Assembly: GCA_045645405.1 (NCBI GenBank)
Contig: JAZRIQ010000004.1
Coordinates: 159,933-223,932, forward strand
DNA length: 64,000 nt
Direction: 5' to 3'
Source: Eubacteriales bacterium
GTDB taxonomy: Bacteria > Bacillota > Clostridia > Oscillospirales > CAG-272
Shown here: piece by piece, positions 1-9,979 of the stretch
Numbering within the stretch: the stretch's first letter is position 1
Layout: every line of letters begins with the position of its first letter
Program-made: the position numbers and the translations under genes
Notes under the pieces: model-generated
The model's database searches: none
Seen by the model: only the letters and a program-made list of their open reading frames with translations
Told to the model about the DNA's origin: nothing

Positions 1-412
1 TACCAATCAATCTTGGAGCGGTATATTTAAGCTGTGCAAGCTCAACTTGAATTTTTCCGTCTGCACTTGTGGCGTGCAGCGCAAAGATATCGAGTATAAG
101 CATACTTCGATCAATTACCTCTGCCTCAACCTCGTTTTCAATATTTTTTATTTGTGCAGGTGAAAGCTCACAGTCAAAAATAACTACGTCAATAGAGTTG
201 TTTTTACAAAGCTCGGCTAACTCTTGAAGCTTTCCTTTGCCAATACAGGTAGAAACATCAGGCGTTGCTTTTTGTTGCGTTAAAACCGCAAATACACTTG
301 CTCCTGCCGTATATGCAAGTCTTTTCAATTCTTCAATAGAGCGAAGGCAGGCTTCCTCCCCACCTTGGGGAAAAATACCAACTAAAACAGCTTTATTCTC
401 TTTCGTTTCCAT
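1..412 (-). CDS. hflX: GTPase HflX, N-terminal part (gene continues past the window start)
   Basis: Absent from the ORF track because the stop lies outside the window. Manual minus-strand translation from the ATG at 412..410 gives METKENKAVLVGIFPQGGEEACLRSIEELKRLAYTAGA...GKGKLQELAELC...VIDRSMLILDIFALHATSADGKIQVELAQLKYTAPRL, the HflX N-domain signature. Confidence 0.8.
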   Translation of the reverse strand, partial: METKENKAVLVGIFPQGGEEACLRSIEELKRLAYTAGASVFAVLTQQKATPDVSTCIGKGKLQELAELCKNNSIDVVIFDCELSPAQIKNIENEVEAEVIDRSMLILDIFALHATSADGKIQVELAQLKYTAPRLIG

Positions 413-423
413 TTTTGCTCCTT

Positions 424-463
424 TAAAAATTAAAAGGGTAAGGAACTAAAAAGCTACTTACCC
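424..463 (-). terminator. Rho-independent terminator after rpmE
   Basis: Stem gggtaag (436-442) pairs with cttaccc (457-463). An A-run at 425-435 gives the U-tract on the minus strand. Confidence 0.6.
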
Positions 464-477
464 GTTTAAAGCATAAA

Positions 478-678
478 TTATTTGCCAGCCAATCTCTTCT
501 TGAACTTATCAACGCGTCCGCCTGCGTCAACAAACTTCTGCTTACCTGTGAAGAAAGGATGACACTTTGCACAAATTTCAACTGAGATATCTCCCTTTGT
601 TGACTTTGTTGCTACAGCGTTACCACAAGCACATTTAATTGTAGCTTCCTTATATTCTGGATGAATTCCTGCTTTCAT
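478..678 (-). CDS. rpmE: 50S ribosomal protein L31
   Basis: [20 protein letters not shown]...[13 protein letters not shown] is the L31 signature with the CxxC zinc motif. The start was trimmed to the conserved MKAGIHP. Confidence 0.95.
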   Translation of the reverse strand: MKAGIHPEYKEATIKCACGNAVATKSTKGDISVEICAKCHPFFTGKQKFVDAGGRVDKFKKRLAGK

Positions 679-761
679 TCTTTTCACCTCTTTCAACTGA
701 TGTAAAATAATTTCGATTTATTATACAACATATCATATTCAAAAGTCAAGTCTTTTTTTGA

Positions 762-1472
762 TTATTTTTTAATTTTTGTTTCTATTTCTTTTTTTAAGCG
801 TTTCATAATCTTTTTTTCAAGTCTTGATATGTAAGATTGCGAAATTCCAAGTAAATCAGCTACTTCTTTTTGAGTTAGTTCTTCTTCCCCGTTCAAACCA
901 AATCTTAAATTGACAATGGTTTGCTCTCGTTCGCTTAATTTTTTCACTGCATCATAAATGATTTTACTTTCTTCAACTACTTCTATATTTTTGTAAACGG
1001 TATCATCTTCTGTACCTAAAACGTCAGACAACAATAGCTCGTTTCCATCCCAATCGGTATTTAAAGGTTCATCAATTGATATTTCCTTTAATCTGTTAGA
1101 ACTTTTCCTTATGAACATCAATATTTCATTTTCAATGCATCTTGAAGCATACGTTGCCAATTTTATATTTTTATCTGCCTTATATGTATTTATAGCTTTT
1201 ATTAAGCCTATAGTGCCGATAGACGTTAAATCATCTATCCCCACTCCTGTATTTTCAAATTTTTTTGCTATGTAAACGACTAATCTCAGGTTGTGCTCTA
1301 TAAGCTTTGAGGCTGCCATCGGATCCTTACCGAGCTTTTCTATCGCCTCTGATTCCTCATTTTGAGTTAACGGTGGAGGCAATAAATCCGGACCGTTAAC
1401 ATAATACACACAATTTTTATACTTGTTAAATAAAATTCCAAGTAAAAATTTTTTCACTTTTAAAAAAATCAT
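762..1472 (-). CDS. sigE: RNA polymerase sporulation sigma factor SigE (pro-sigma-E)
   Basis: [11 protein letters not shown] pro-sequence junction, [16 protein letters not shown], and [24 protein letters not shown] (SigE-specific). It lies directly downstream of spoIIGA. The start at 1472 has an AAGGAG Shine-Dalgarno 8 nt upstream; the alternative start at 1490 overlaps the spoIIGA stop. Confidence 0.9.
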   Translation of the reverse strand: MIFLKVKKFLLGILFNKYKNCVYYVNGPDLLPPPLTQNEESEAIEKLGKDPMAASKLIEHNLRLVVYIAKKFENTGVGIDDLTSIGTIGLIKAINTYKADKNIKLATYASRCIENEILMFIRKSSNRLKEISIDEPLNTDWDGNELLLSDVLGTEDDTVYKNIEVVEESKIIYDAVKKLSEREQTIVNLRFGLNGEEELTQKEVADLLGISQSYISRLEKKIMKRLKKEIETKIKK

Positions 1473-1486
1473 ACAGTAAATCTCCT

Positions 1487-2281
1487 TCATATTAGGCTTG
1501 TTGGTACCAGCATCTCATATCCCGAAAAGGTTAAATTCTTAATTGGCGCCAAAATCGCACTTTTTTCAATATTATTTATCAATATTTTTTTCGGTACTAT
1601 TCCTTTTAAAATTCCGCTATTTTCCACGCCATTAAACGGGACGTATCTTTTTTTAAATTCCGGTTCTAAATCAATTGCTTTTGCTAAATCAGTGGTATCA
1701 CTTATCAAAATTACACTTCTTCCTGTTATTGGTTCTCTTAATAAATTTCCAGAGTCACAAAGCCCGTTCAGATTATAGATAATACCTTTAAATTCAATTT
1801 CCGCTTCTACTGTTTTTACATTTTTTTCTTTACTCCAAACCTTTAAAACCACCATAGATATAAGCATTGATAATGAAACGATGACAAAAAATCTTGCACC
1901 GTTATAAAGAGAATTATACGAATAATTTTTTATGTATTCACTTAAAATCTTGTTTAAAAAATTGTACAGTACGCTCATAATTCCGCTCAAAGAAGCAGAA
2001 ACGCCAAAGAAAACCAATACTGTGCTAACAACATTTCCCAATTTATGCTTTTTAAATGCAATAAGACACATTAACAATGAAACAAGCACGCTTAAAAGAA
2101 TACTTACCAAGGTTTTTTTTAGAAAAACAATATCAAAAACTCCATACATTCCACCAAATATTGCTGATAAAAGAATTCTTTCCTTAAAAATTTTTCTTCG
2201 AAGAATTATTGAAGTTAAAAACAAAGCAAAAAAATCCATACTAAAATTGATTGCAAATAATATATCCACATATAAAACCAT
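1487..2281 (-). CDS. spoIIGA: Sigma-E processing peptidase SpoIIGA
   Basis: Polytopic N-terminus ([22 protein letters not shown]) and a C-terminal aspartic protease motif ([15 protein letters not shown]). It is syntenic with sigE. Confidence 0.9.
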   Translation of the reverse strand: MVLYVDILFAINFSMDFFALFLTSIILRRKIFKERILLSAIFGGMYGVFDIVFLKKTLVSILLSVLVSLLMCLIAFKKHKLGNVVSTVLVFFGVSASLSGIMSVLYNFLNKILSEYIKNYSYNSLYNGARFFVIVSLSMLISMVVLKVWSKEKNVKTVEAEIEFKGIIYNLNGLCDSGNLLREPITGRSVILISDTTDLAKAIDLEPEFKKRYVPFNGVENSGILKGIVPKKILINNIEKSAILAPIKNLTFSGYEMLVPTSLI

Positions 2282-2298
2282 GCTATCACCTCAAAAAA

Positions 2299-2332
2299 AT
2301 TATACTTTTAGCTTGTCAAAAATTTTGTCACA
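2299..2332 (-). promoter_or_regulatory. Candidate spoIIG-type promoter region with two Spo0A-box-like repeats
   Basis: The minus strand reads TTTGTGACAAAATTTTTGACAAGCTAAAAGTATAAT. It contains two TTnGACA-like elements (5/7 and 6/7 matches to the 0A box TTCGACA) upstream of a TATAAT. That -10 lies only 18 nt from the ATG, so the assignment is weak. Confidence 0.25.
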
Positions 2333-2383
2333 AATTGAGAATAATAAATTTTTTCAAAATATTTCTCACGACAAATTTTTCAC

Positions 2384-2412
2384 TTGCAATTGGGTAAATA
2401 TTGTATTATAAT
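2384..2412 (+). promoter_or_regulatory. Sigma-A type promoter for the ABC exporter gene
   Basis: TTGCAA (2384-2389), a 17-nt spacer, then TATAAT (2407-2412). Confidence 0.45.
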
Positions 2413-2441
2413 AATGATATTAAAAGATAAGGAGAGATTTT

Positions 2442-4376
2442 ATGTACGGACCCCCGCGTATTCGCCAAGAAAACAAAAGCGACATTGAAAAGCCAAAGTC
2501 TTTGAAGGAAGTACCAAAATACATAAAAGAATTGACTTCAACCTTTTTTTCGCGATATATATATATTTTTAAATTAGTTTGGGAAACAAATCCATTTTAC
2601 TTATTTGCCATGGCTTTCGTGGCGTTGTGTTCCGGTTTATTGCCTATTTTAGGAGCGTACATTACAGCACAACTTCTGCAAAAAATAAGCGAAGCATACA
2701 ATATTGCAATTGAGTATAAAGATGTTTTGACCTCTTCTGATTTAATTGATAAAATTATGGGAGAGGTTGACGTTTTTCTTTGGATTGGATTGCAACTTGC
2801 ATATTCGGTTGGAAATTCTTTATTTTCTTCACTTAACTCAGCTGTTGTTTCTTTATCCGGTGAAAAGGTTGCTAACCACATTAAAGTTAAGATTATTACA
2901 AAATCAAAAACCATCGATATATCACAATTTGACTTACCTGAGTTTTATGAGAAATTAGAAAATGCTACTCGAGAGGCAACATTTAGACCTGTGCAAATTT
3001 TGAGTTCTACTTTCAATATGATAAGTAACCTTATAAGCATGGTATCGTTTATTATTGCCTTAATTGTGTTAAGCCCGTTTGCGCCGCTGATTATAATCGC
3101 ATTCGCACTCCCTGCCGCAATAGTTAAATTTGTTTACGGCAGAAAAAACTTTATGTATATGAGACGTCACTCTAAGGACAGACGACAAATGGACTATTAT
3201 TCTGTTCTTATGACCAACAAGGATATAGCAAAAGAAATCAGAGTATTCAATCTCTCAGATACCATTATTGGAAAATTTAAGCTCACCTTTGCAAAATATT
3301 TCAAAGGTCTTAAAAAACTGATTTTACGCGAAAATTTGTGGCACATTATCATTGCTATAACACACGCTTGTGTAAATGCAGGCCTTTTCGCGTTTGTTGC
3401 TATCCAAGTATTCCAAGGCAAAATGAATATAGGCGATTATTCGTTTTATTCAGGCTCATTAACTTCTGTTATCGGTTGTGTTTCTTCCCTTGTGGCAGCC
3501 ACAGCAACGATTTATCAAGGAACTTTATTTATTGATAACTTAATTGAGTTTAACAAACTGGAACCAAAAATAGTACCAAACACAACTACTCCCATTCCTG
3601 TTGAACGGCATATTGCACACACCATTGAATTTAAAGACGTTTGTTTTTCTTATCCAGGCAGTGACAAACAAGTAATAAACAACGTAAGCTTCAAGCTGGA
3701 TGGCGGTACTACAACCGTTTTAGTTGGTTTGAACGGAGCCGGCAAAACAACGCTTATTAAGCTTATGATGAGATTATATGATCCATCCAGCGGCATAATT
3801 TTATTAGACGGAAAGGATATAAGAAATTACGACCTTGATAAGCTATATGAAATATACGGAACTATTTTCCAAGATTTCGGTAAATACGCGTTAACAGTAG
3901 AAGAAAATATTGCGTTCGGTGATATCAACAGAGAAATTGTTGACGAAGAAATAAGGAAGGCTGCTTTTGAAAGCGGAGCCGCCGATTTTATCGAAAAGCT
4001 TCCTTTAAATTATAAGACGCCTCTTACGAAATTATTTGAATACAACGGTACCGAACTATCAATTGGTCAATGGCAAAAATTATCAGTTGCAAGAGCCTTT
4101 TATTCAGATTCGGATATAATGATTTTAGACGAGCCGACAGCTTCTCTCGATGCAATTGCGGAACAACAAATTTTCAATCAATTTGAAAAGCTCACTAAAG
4201 GTAAAACATCTATTTTCGTTTCACACCGCTTATCAAGTGCTACAACGGCAGATAAAATAATTGTGCTTGAATACGGCCGTGTAATCGAAGAAGGTTCCCA
4301 TAAAGAGCTTATGGAAGCTCAAGGAAAATATTTTGAGTTGTTTACAACTCAAGCTAAGAGATATATCGAAAATTAA
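2442..4376 (+). CDS. ABC transporter, fused permease/ATP-binding protein (exporter type)
   Basis: N-terminal six-TM domain. Walker A GLNGAGKTT, signature LSIGQWQK, Walker B IMILDEPT. GGAG Shine-Dalgarno upstream. Confidence 0.9.
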   Translation: MYGPPRIRQENKSDIEKPKSLKEVPKYIKELTSTFFSRYIYIFKLVWETNPFYLFAMAFVALCSGLLPILGAYITAQLLQKISEAYNIAIEYKDVLTSSDLIDKIMGEVDVFLWIGLQLAYSVGNSLFSSLNSAVVSLSGEKVANHIKVKIITKSKTIDISQFDLPEFYEKLENATREATFRPVQILSSTFNMISNLISMVSFIIALIVLSPFAPLIIIAFALPAAIVKFVYGRKNFMYMRRHSKDRRQMDYYSVLMTNKDIAKEIRVFNLSDTIIGKFKLTFAKYFKGLKKLILRENLWHIIIAITHACVNAGLFAFVAIQVFQGKMNIGDYSFYSGSLTSVIGCVSSLVAATATIYQGTLFIDNLIEFNKLEPKIVPNTTTPIPVERHIAHTIEFKDVCFSYPGSDKQVINNVSFKLDGGTTTVLVGLNGAGKTTLIKLMMRLYDPSSGIILLDGKDIRNYDLDKLYEIYGTIFQDFGKYALTVEENIAFGDINREIVDEEIRKAAFESGAADFIEKLPLNYKTPLTKLFEYNGTELSIGQWQKLSVARAFYSDSDIMILDEPTASLDAIAEQQIFNQFEKLTKGKTSIFVSHRLSSATTADKIIVLEYGRVIEEGSHKELMEAQGKYFELFTTQAKRYIEN

Positions 4377-4408
4377 AAAAGGTATAGCGTTAAGCTATAC
4401 CTTTTTTT
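4375..4408 (+). terminator. Rho-independent terminator
   Basis: Stem ggtatagc (4381-4388) pairs with gctatacc (4394-4401), followed by T7. Confidence 0.75.
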
Positions 4409-4487
4409 ATTTGAATTCTCTTTTTTGTAATATTTTCTTTTTAACGGCAATATTATTTAATACAAACTAAAATAAGAGAGGGATTAT

Positions 4488-4985
4488 ATGTTTATATATT
4501 CTGTTAAATCAACGACGTTAAAATTTTTTGGTATTGTTGGAGTTGCTATTGTAACGTTAATTGCGCTTGTTTTCCTGATTCCAAGCTATTCCGAAGCCAC
4601 TACAAAGGAGATTACAGCTATGAATGAAAGTATCTCATTTGATAACATCAAAAACAGCGATGACGGAGCTGATTTTTTAAATCAATACGGTTGGGAGATC
4701 GAAAAAGAACCGATTGAAGAATGCGAAATAACTATTCCAAAGGAATTTGATAAGGTTCTGACTACTTATAATGAAATTCAAAAGCAACAAGGATTGGATA
4801 TAACAAAATTTCAAAAGAAAACTGCGGTAAGATATACTTATAAGGTAACAAATTATCCTGAATACGATGGTACTGTTTATGCAAACATAATCGTATATCG
4901 TAACAGAGTTATTGCCGGAGATATTTGTTCTGCAGATTCAAGAGGATTTATTCATACGCTTTCAATGCCAAACTCATCAAAATAA
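4488..4985 (+). CDS. DUF4830-like membrane-anchored protein
   Basis: N-terminal TM helix, then FLNQYGWEIEKEPIE...YANIIVYRNRVIAGD, which resembles the DUF4830 family often found near spoIIIA in Clostridia. Recognised from memory only. Confidence 0.5.
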   Translation: MFIYSVKSTTLKFFGIVGVAIVTLIALVFLIPSYSEATTKEITAMNESISFDNIKNSDDGADFLNQYGWEIEKEPIEECEITIPKEFDKVLTTYNEIQKQQGLDITKFQKKTAVRYTYKVTNYPEYDGTVYANIIVYRNRVIAGDICSADSRGFIHTLSMPNSSK

Positions 4986-5008
4986 AGCAAGGTTTTACTT
5001 GCTTTTTT
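4985..5008 (+). terminator. Rho-independent terminator
   Basis: Stem aagcaag pairs with cttgctt, followed by a T-run. Confidence 0.55.
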
Positions 5009-5074
5009 GTTCTTTTTTAAAATGAGTATGCATAACATATATCAAATGGACAAGTTAAGGAGAAAATAAAAATT

Positions 5075-5992
5075 ATGAAATGCGATATAAGCTATAAAAT
5101 ATCACTCAATGAAATGCTAAGGTACTGTTTAGACCGTCTTCCCCATCATATAAAAGTACGTTTACTTGACTATTTAGAAAAAAATCCATATAAGGATGTA
5201 AATGAAATTCGATTACATAAGAACTCATACATTATGCTTATTGCAGACTCAAAAAACATAAAAACCGATATATATTTGACGGACAAGGATATTGAACAGA
5301 CCTATAATCAATTATGTGATATGTCATTATATGCGCATATTGACACAATAAAAGACGGTTATATAAGCGTTGGTAACGGAATCAGGGCGGGAATTTGCGG
5401 TAAGGCTCATTTAGAAAATAACCAGATTTGCGGCATAAGTGAGCTTTCCTCTATCAATTTAAGAATTCCTAATCACATTTATAATTCTTCAAGCTATTTA
5501 TTTAATTTATTGAAAGAAAAGGATTTCGATACTTCTGTAATTTTATACTCACCTCCGGGCGTGGGAAAAACGACAATTTTAAGAGACTTAGTTTATAAAA
5601 TTTCTAATAATACACATATAAGATATGCAATTATAGATTCTAAAAATGAAATAACATCTTGCCTTAACGATTTAGAAAACGCTGACGTTTACATATCATA
5701 TCCAAAAGGTTTAGCCATTGAATTAGCCACCAAAAGTATGTCTTCTCAACTTATAATTTGCGATGAAATTTCTTCTTATGAAGAATCAGCAGAAATTTTA
5801 AAAGCAGTAAATTCGGGAGTGAATTTAATAGCTACAACGCACGCAAGCAGCTTTGAAGAGCTATGTACCAGAGTAATATTGAAGGATTTAATAACAAATA
5901 ATGCTTTTGATTTTGCATTAGGCGTTGCTCGTGAATACGGAAAAAAGCAATATCAGTTTACGTTAAATAAGTTCAATGAAGATAATAGGTAG
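5075..5992 (+). CDS. spoIIIAA: Stage III sporulation protein AA (ATPase)
   Basis: Walker A SPPGVGKTTILRDL and Walker B-like LIICDEI. It is the first gene of an eight-gene spoIIIA-type operon. Confidence 0.88.
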   Translation: MKCDISYKISLNEMLRYCLDRLPHHIKVRLLDYLEKNPYKDVNEIRLHKNSYIMLIADSKNIKTDIYLTDKDIEQTYNQLCDMSLYAHIDTIKDGYISVGNGIRAGICGKAHLENNQICGISELSSINLRIPNHIYNSSSYLFNLLKEKDFDTSVILYSPPGVGKTTILRDLVYKISNNTHIRYAIIDSKNEITSCLNDLENADVYISYPKGLAIELATKSMSSQLIICDEISSYEESAEILKAVNSGVNLIATTHASSFEELCTRVILKDLITNNAFDFALGVAREYGKKQYQFTLNKFNEDNR

Positions 5993-6425
5993 TCTTTTAA
6001 TAATTTTTGGAGCGATAATTTCTTCATTTTTCTATGAAAAAAAGCTAAAACAAGAAATAAACTTTATGGAAAGTTTATACGATTTTGTCTTATTCACAAA
6101 AAGTAAAATCGAATATTTCGGTAAAACAAAAAAACAAATTATTTCTGAATATACAAGTAAAACAGGATTATTAAACAAAATTTTAATCGAAGGAAACAAT
6201 TGCGAGCTTAATTTTATTGATGACAATACTAAAAATGATATTTTAAGTTTTTTTGATTCTATCGGTAAAGGATTTAAAAAAGAAGAAATTGATTTATGCA
6301 ACTATACGTTGAAAATTATTGAAGCTTCAAAAGAAAAAATGAAATCGGAATATACAAAAAAAGCAAAGCTATTTCGTTCTCTATCACTATTTTTGTCTCT
6401 GGGGTGCGTTATTTTGCTTGTTTAG
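5976..6425 (+). CDS. spoIIIAB: Stage III sporulation protein AB
   Basis: About 150 aa with TM helices at both termini. Second position in the spoIIIA operon, overlapping the end of AA. Confidence 0.75.
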   Translation: MKIIGSLLIIFGAIISSFFYEKKLKQEINFMESLYDFVLFTKSKIEYFGKTKKQIISEYTSKTGLLNKILIEGNNCELNFIDDNTKNDILSFFDSIGKGFKKEEIDLCNYTLKIIEASKEKMKSEYTKKAKLFRSLSLFLSLGCVILLV

Positions 6426-6701
6426 CAAAGAGAGACTCGCTTGAATTGCGTCAAAAGTGTTTATTTTTAGCATTTTTAACGGAGTCCATCCTTGCAATAC
6501 TTAGCGTGACTACGTCAAGTCTCAGCCAAAATTATCTTAAAATAAGTGTTTATTGTACTTGCAATTTTAAACGAGTAAATCTTGGTTTAATCAAGGCACA
6601 AAAACGCAGACAATATAAAAAATTCAAGTTTTTTACACAGAGTAAGATGAGATTTACCCTGTAAAATCGCGGTTCAATCAAATCTCTCTGTTAGGAGAAA
6701 A

Positions 6702-6902
6702 ATGGACGTTTCTGTTATTTTAAAAATCACCGGCATAGGTCTTTTAATTTCCGTCGCCTGTCAAGTTCTATCAAAAAGCGGTCGTGATGAACAGGCAACT
6801 ATGTTATCAATTGCAGGAATTGTAATAGTAATGATTTTAGTCGTTTCGGAATTGGAAAATTTATTTGCTACACTTTCTAAAGTGTTCGGATTTCAATTAT
6901 GA
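6702..6902 (+). CDS. spoIIIAC: Stage III sporulation protein AC
   Basis: A 66-aa two-TM protein (ITGIGLLISVACQVLSKSGRDEQA) with a GGAG Shine-Dalgarno. Operon position fits. Confidence 0.85.
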   Translation: MDVSVILKITGIGLLISVACQVLSKSGRDEQATMLSIAGIVIVMILVVSELENLFATLSKVFGFQL

Positions 6903-7282
6903 ACGAATTAAAATTATGCGGAATTGCAATATGCGGAGTAATTCTCTGCTCTGTATTTAGAGAAATCAAAAGTGAATATTCTTTATTTATAAGACTTATT
7001 ATTACTGTTTTAGTAACTGTTTTATCATTATCATTGTTCATTCCTATTCTTACTTACATAGACAACGTAACTAAAAGTACTGCCATTTATAAATATATAC
7101 CTACTTTGATTAAAATTTTAGGAATCGCTGTTATTTCTGAGCTTACCTCCGATATATGCATTGATGCAAACGAAAAAAGTATCGCATCAAAAGTTTCTCT
7201 TTTTGCAAAAGCAGAAATACTTTTGCTTTCCTTACCGCTTATAAAAGCTCTTTTCGAAATGTGCCAAGGTATTTTAAAATGA
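6899..7282 (+). CDS. spoIIIAD: Stage III sporulation protein AD
   Basis: A 127-aa polytopic membrane protein with a start coupled to the AC stop. Operon position fits. Confidence 0.8.
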   Translation: MNELKLCGIAICGVILCSVFREIKSEYSLFIRLIITVLVTVLSLSLFIPILTYIDNVTKSTAIYKYIPTLIKILGIAVISELTSDICIDANEKSIASKVSLFAKAEILLLSLPLIKALFEMCQGILK

Positions 7283-8421
7283 TACGGAAATTCATTTTGG
7301 TTTTGTTCGTTATTTTATTATTTGCTCTTCCTTGCTATGCAACTGACGTAGAGTATGACATAGAAAAAGAAATATATTTTAATATAGAAAATAATTTAAA
7401 TGAATTTAAAAATTCTATACCGAAAGAAATATTAGAGTTGTTACCTGAGGATATATGGAACGGTAATTTTGACAGCTTGTTAGGGAAAGACTTTAGCGAA
7501 GCAAACATTTTAGAATTGTCTATTGACTTTTTGTTTGCAGGCATAAATAAAGGAATAGTTAACTTTGCATCAATACTTATAATAATTATTGTTTCCTCTA
7601 TATTTAACACGTTAAGCGTTTCTTTTTCGTCTAACTTTGTAAAAACTGCCTTTTCTTATGCTTCAACACTATGTATTGCTCTTGCAGTTTTTAATTTATG
7701 TAATGAAATTTCTGTTTCCGTAAGCAACTATTTATATGCATTATGCGGGGTTATGGAGGGTTTTTCTCCTCTTATGTGTACTCTCTATATTATGACAGGA
7801 AACCTAACCGGAGGAGGTATATCAAGCGCTTCCTTTGTATTATTTATTGCGGTAATTGAGCGATTTTTAATAACCTTTATGCTTCCTATATCAAATATTT
7901 GTATCTGCTTTTCTATAATGAAGGCTTTTGGAAATCAATATGATTTTAGCGGAATATCCAAAGTTTTAAAAAACACGTTTACCGGAATCACCGTATTTAT
8001 AATGTCCATATTTATGTTTGTACTTTCAAGTAAAAGTGTATTAACACAAGCTGCTGACAGCCTTTCTATAAAAACCGCAAGATTTGCAATCAGTAGCTTT
8101 ATCCCAATAGTAAGTTCAACCGTAAACGACGCTTTAAGAACTATAAGTGCCAGTTTATCAGCCATTAAAAGTTCCTGTGGAATAATAGCTATTGTTATAA
8201 TTGCTCTGATTATGCTTCCTGTAATTATTTCATTACTGATAAATAGATTGTTTTTTAATATAACAGCTTCAATTTCAAAGGCGCTTGGCTGCAACAGCGA
8301 ATGCTCGGTTCTGGAAGAAGCAGGTTCAATATGCGGTTTTTTATTAGCCTTGGTTCTTTGTACCTGCATTTTGTTTATATTTGCTTTAAATATATTCATT
8401 AAAGCAACGGTGGTGATATAA
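7279..8421 (+). CDS. spoIIIAE: Stage III sporulation protein AE
   Basis: Signal-peptide-like N-terminus (MIRKFILVLFVILLFALPCYA) followed by a polytopic domain. ATGA overlap with the AD stop. The ORF-track start at 7261 is an in-gene alternative. Confidence 0.8.
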   Translation: MIRKFILVLFVILLFALPCYATDVEYDIEKEIYFNIENNLNEFKNSIPKEILELLPEDIWNGNFDSLLGKDFSEANILELSIDFLFAGINKGIVNFASILIIIIVSSIFNTLSVSFSSNFVKTAFSYASTLCIALAVFNLCNEISVSVSNYLYALCGVMEGFSPLMCTLYIMTGNLTGGGISSASFVLFIAVIERFLITFMLPISNICICFSIMKAFGNQYDFSGISKVLKNTFTGITVFIMSIFMFVLSSKSVLTQAADSLSIKTARFAISSFIPIVSSTVNDALRTISASLSAIKSSCGIIAIVIIALIMLPVIISLLINRLFFNITASISKALGCNSECSVLEEAGSICGFLLALVLCTCILFIFALNIFIKATVVI

Positions 8422-8906
8422 TGAACGACTACGTCTATTCTCTTTTAATAATTTCTTTAATCGGTGGACTTTTAACATCATTTCTGTCTTCATTTGGTAC
8501 TGTAAAAAAATACGTTGAATATTTTATAGGTCTTCTTATTGTAATTTCTTTTCTTTTTCCGATTTTAGAGGTAGTTAAAAATACTCAAGAAACGAAAAAC
8601 AACATAACTGATTTTTTCAATTCAATAATTCAAAACGAACAAGCAAACGGCACTACTGACTTGATTATAAACTCAGGGAAAGACGCTATTATAAAAGGAA
8701 TAAAAAAAGAAATAATAAACGAGTTTCAATTAGAGGAACGTGATATTATTGTTGAAATAGAATTAGATGAAAATAACATAGAAGCAATTAAAATAACAAA
8801 AATCACGGTTACTTTAACCGGAAAAGCATCGTGGGCAGACGTTGATTCGGTTCAATATCATTTAAAGAAAATAATAGGAGGAAACATATACGTAACAAGA
8901 AAATAA
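8421..8906 (+). CDS. spoIIIAF: Stage III sporulation protein AF
   Basis: Two N-terminal TM helices plus a soluble domain. Start overlaps the AE stop. Operon position fits. Confidence 0.75.
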   Translation: MNDYVYSLLIISLIGGLLTSFLSSFGTVKKYVEYFIGLLIVISFLFPILEVVKNTQETKNNITDFFNSIIQNEQANGTTDLIINSGKDAIIKGIKKEIINEFQLEERDIIVEIELDENNIEAIKITKITVTLTGKASWADVDSVQYHLKKIIGGNIYVTRK

Positions 8907-8910
8907 AGCT

Positions 8911-9345
8911 ATGTTAAAAAAATATAAAAACAAAATAATTATTTTATCACTGGTAATAATCGGAATTCTTTTGATCTTATTAAGCACATTTGATTTTAAA
9001 GAAAATGAAAAAAACAAATATAATTCTACTTTATATACTGATGAGCTTGAAAAGAAAATTGAACATTTTTTAAAGAGCGTTGACGGAATTTATGAGGTTA
9101 ACGTAATATTGTCGCTTGATACCAAGGAAGAAACCGTTTACGCACAAAACAATACGGGACTTGATTATATTTTAACAAATGACGGAAGCCCGATAATAGT
9201 AACTGAAATTTATCCTACCGTAAGAGGCGTTGCAATTGCTTGCACAAACGGCGACAATGACAACGTAAAAATGAAAGTAACCGAATTGATTTGTGCATAT
9301 TTAGGAATTTCAAGCAATCGAGTTAAAATTGTTTCTATTAGATAG
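8911..9345 (+). CDS. spoIIIAG: Stage III sporulation protein AG
   Basis: N-terminal TM helix. The C-terminal ...TVRGVAIACTNGDN...YLGISSNRVKI is typical of the SpoIIIAG ring-forming domain. Confidence 0.8.
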   Translation: MLKKYKNKIIILSLVIIGILLILLSTFDFKENEKNKYNSTLYTDELEKKIEHFLKSVDGIYEVNVILSLDTKEETVYAQNNTGLDYILTNDGSPIIVTEIYPTVRGVAIACTNGDNDNVKMKVTELICAYLGISSNRVKIVSIR

Positions 9346-9405
9346 GTATATTATTTCATTGTGAAAATATAATTATAATGTAATCAATTTATTAGGAGAA
9401 AACTT

Positions 9406-9966
9406 ATGAACACAGAGAAAAAACAAAACAAATTTAAAAGCTTTTTTAAAAAAATCGGCTCAAAAAATTTAATTATAGTTTGCGCTGTTCTTTTAATCGG
9501 TACAGCGGTAGGTATGAATTACATACTCTATAATCAAGACAATGAGCCATCACAGGACGTAGATATCGACCTTGACGGAGTGGATATCAACAATTCATTA
9601 AATAACGATCCAAACACATCAAACTATTTTGCACAAACTATTCTTTCAAGAAAGCAAGCAAGGGATGAAGCCCTTGAGGTTTTACAATGCGTTGCCACAA
9701 GTGAAACAGCACTGCCCGAAGCTGTAGAATCCGCTCTTGCTGATATTGCTCAAATTGCTAAAGATATAGAAAGCGAATCAAACATTGAAACCTTGATAGA
9801 AGCTAAAGGCATTGAGGATTGTATAACCGTTATAAGTGACGGTAAAGCAACTGTAATCGTAAAAAGTGACGGATTACTGGCAAGTCAAGTAGCTCAAATA
9901 AACGAAATTGTATTTGAACAATCCGGAATTTTACCGGTTGATTTAAAAATAATTGAAAAAAATTAA
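9406..9966 (+). CDS. spoIIIAH: Stage III sporulation protein AH
   Basis: N-terminal TM helix, a linker, and a C-terminal domain (RKQARDEALEVLQ...ATVIVKSDG). It is the last gene of the operon. Confidence 0.75.
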   Translation: MNTEKKQNKFKSFFKKIGSKNLIIVCAVLLIGTAVGMNYILYNQDNEPSQDVDIDLDGVDINNSLNNDPNTSNYFAQTILSRKQARDEALEVLQCVATSETALPEAVESALADIAQIAKDIESESNIETLIEAKGIEDCITVISDGKATVIVKSDGLLASQVAQINEIVFEQSGILPVDLKIIEKN

Positions 9967-9979
9967 ATTATTATTCGCC

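Noticed and set aside
1932-2411. 159-aa plus-strand ORF opposite spoIIGA, and similar antisense ORFs such as 2597-2914, 7335-7610, 7935-8399, 40164-40511, 57668-57991, 59012-59377 and 62900-63373
   Set aside because: They are antisense to strongly supported genes, have low-complexity composition and lack translation signals.
6404-6664. 86-aa ORF filling the spoIIIAB-spoIIIAC spacer
   Set aside because: It starts inside spoIIIAB and has no Shine-Dalgarno. Its composition is K/R/F-rich and low-complexity, and no family resemblance was seen. I treat it as non-coding; the spacer itself is reported as a finding.
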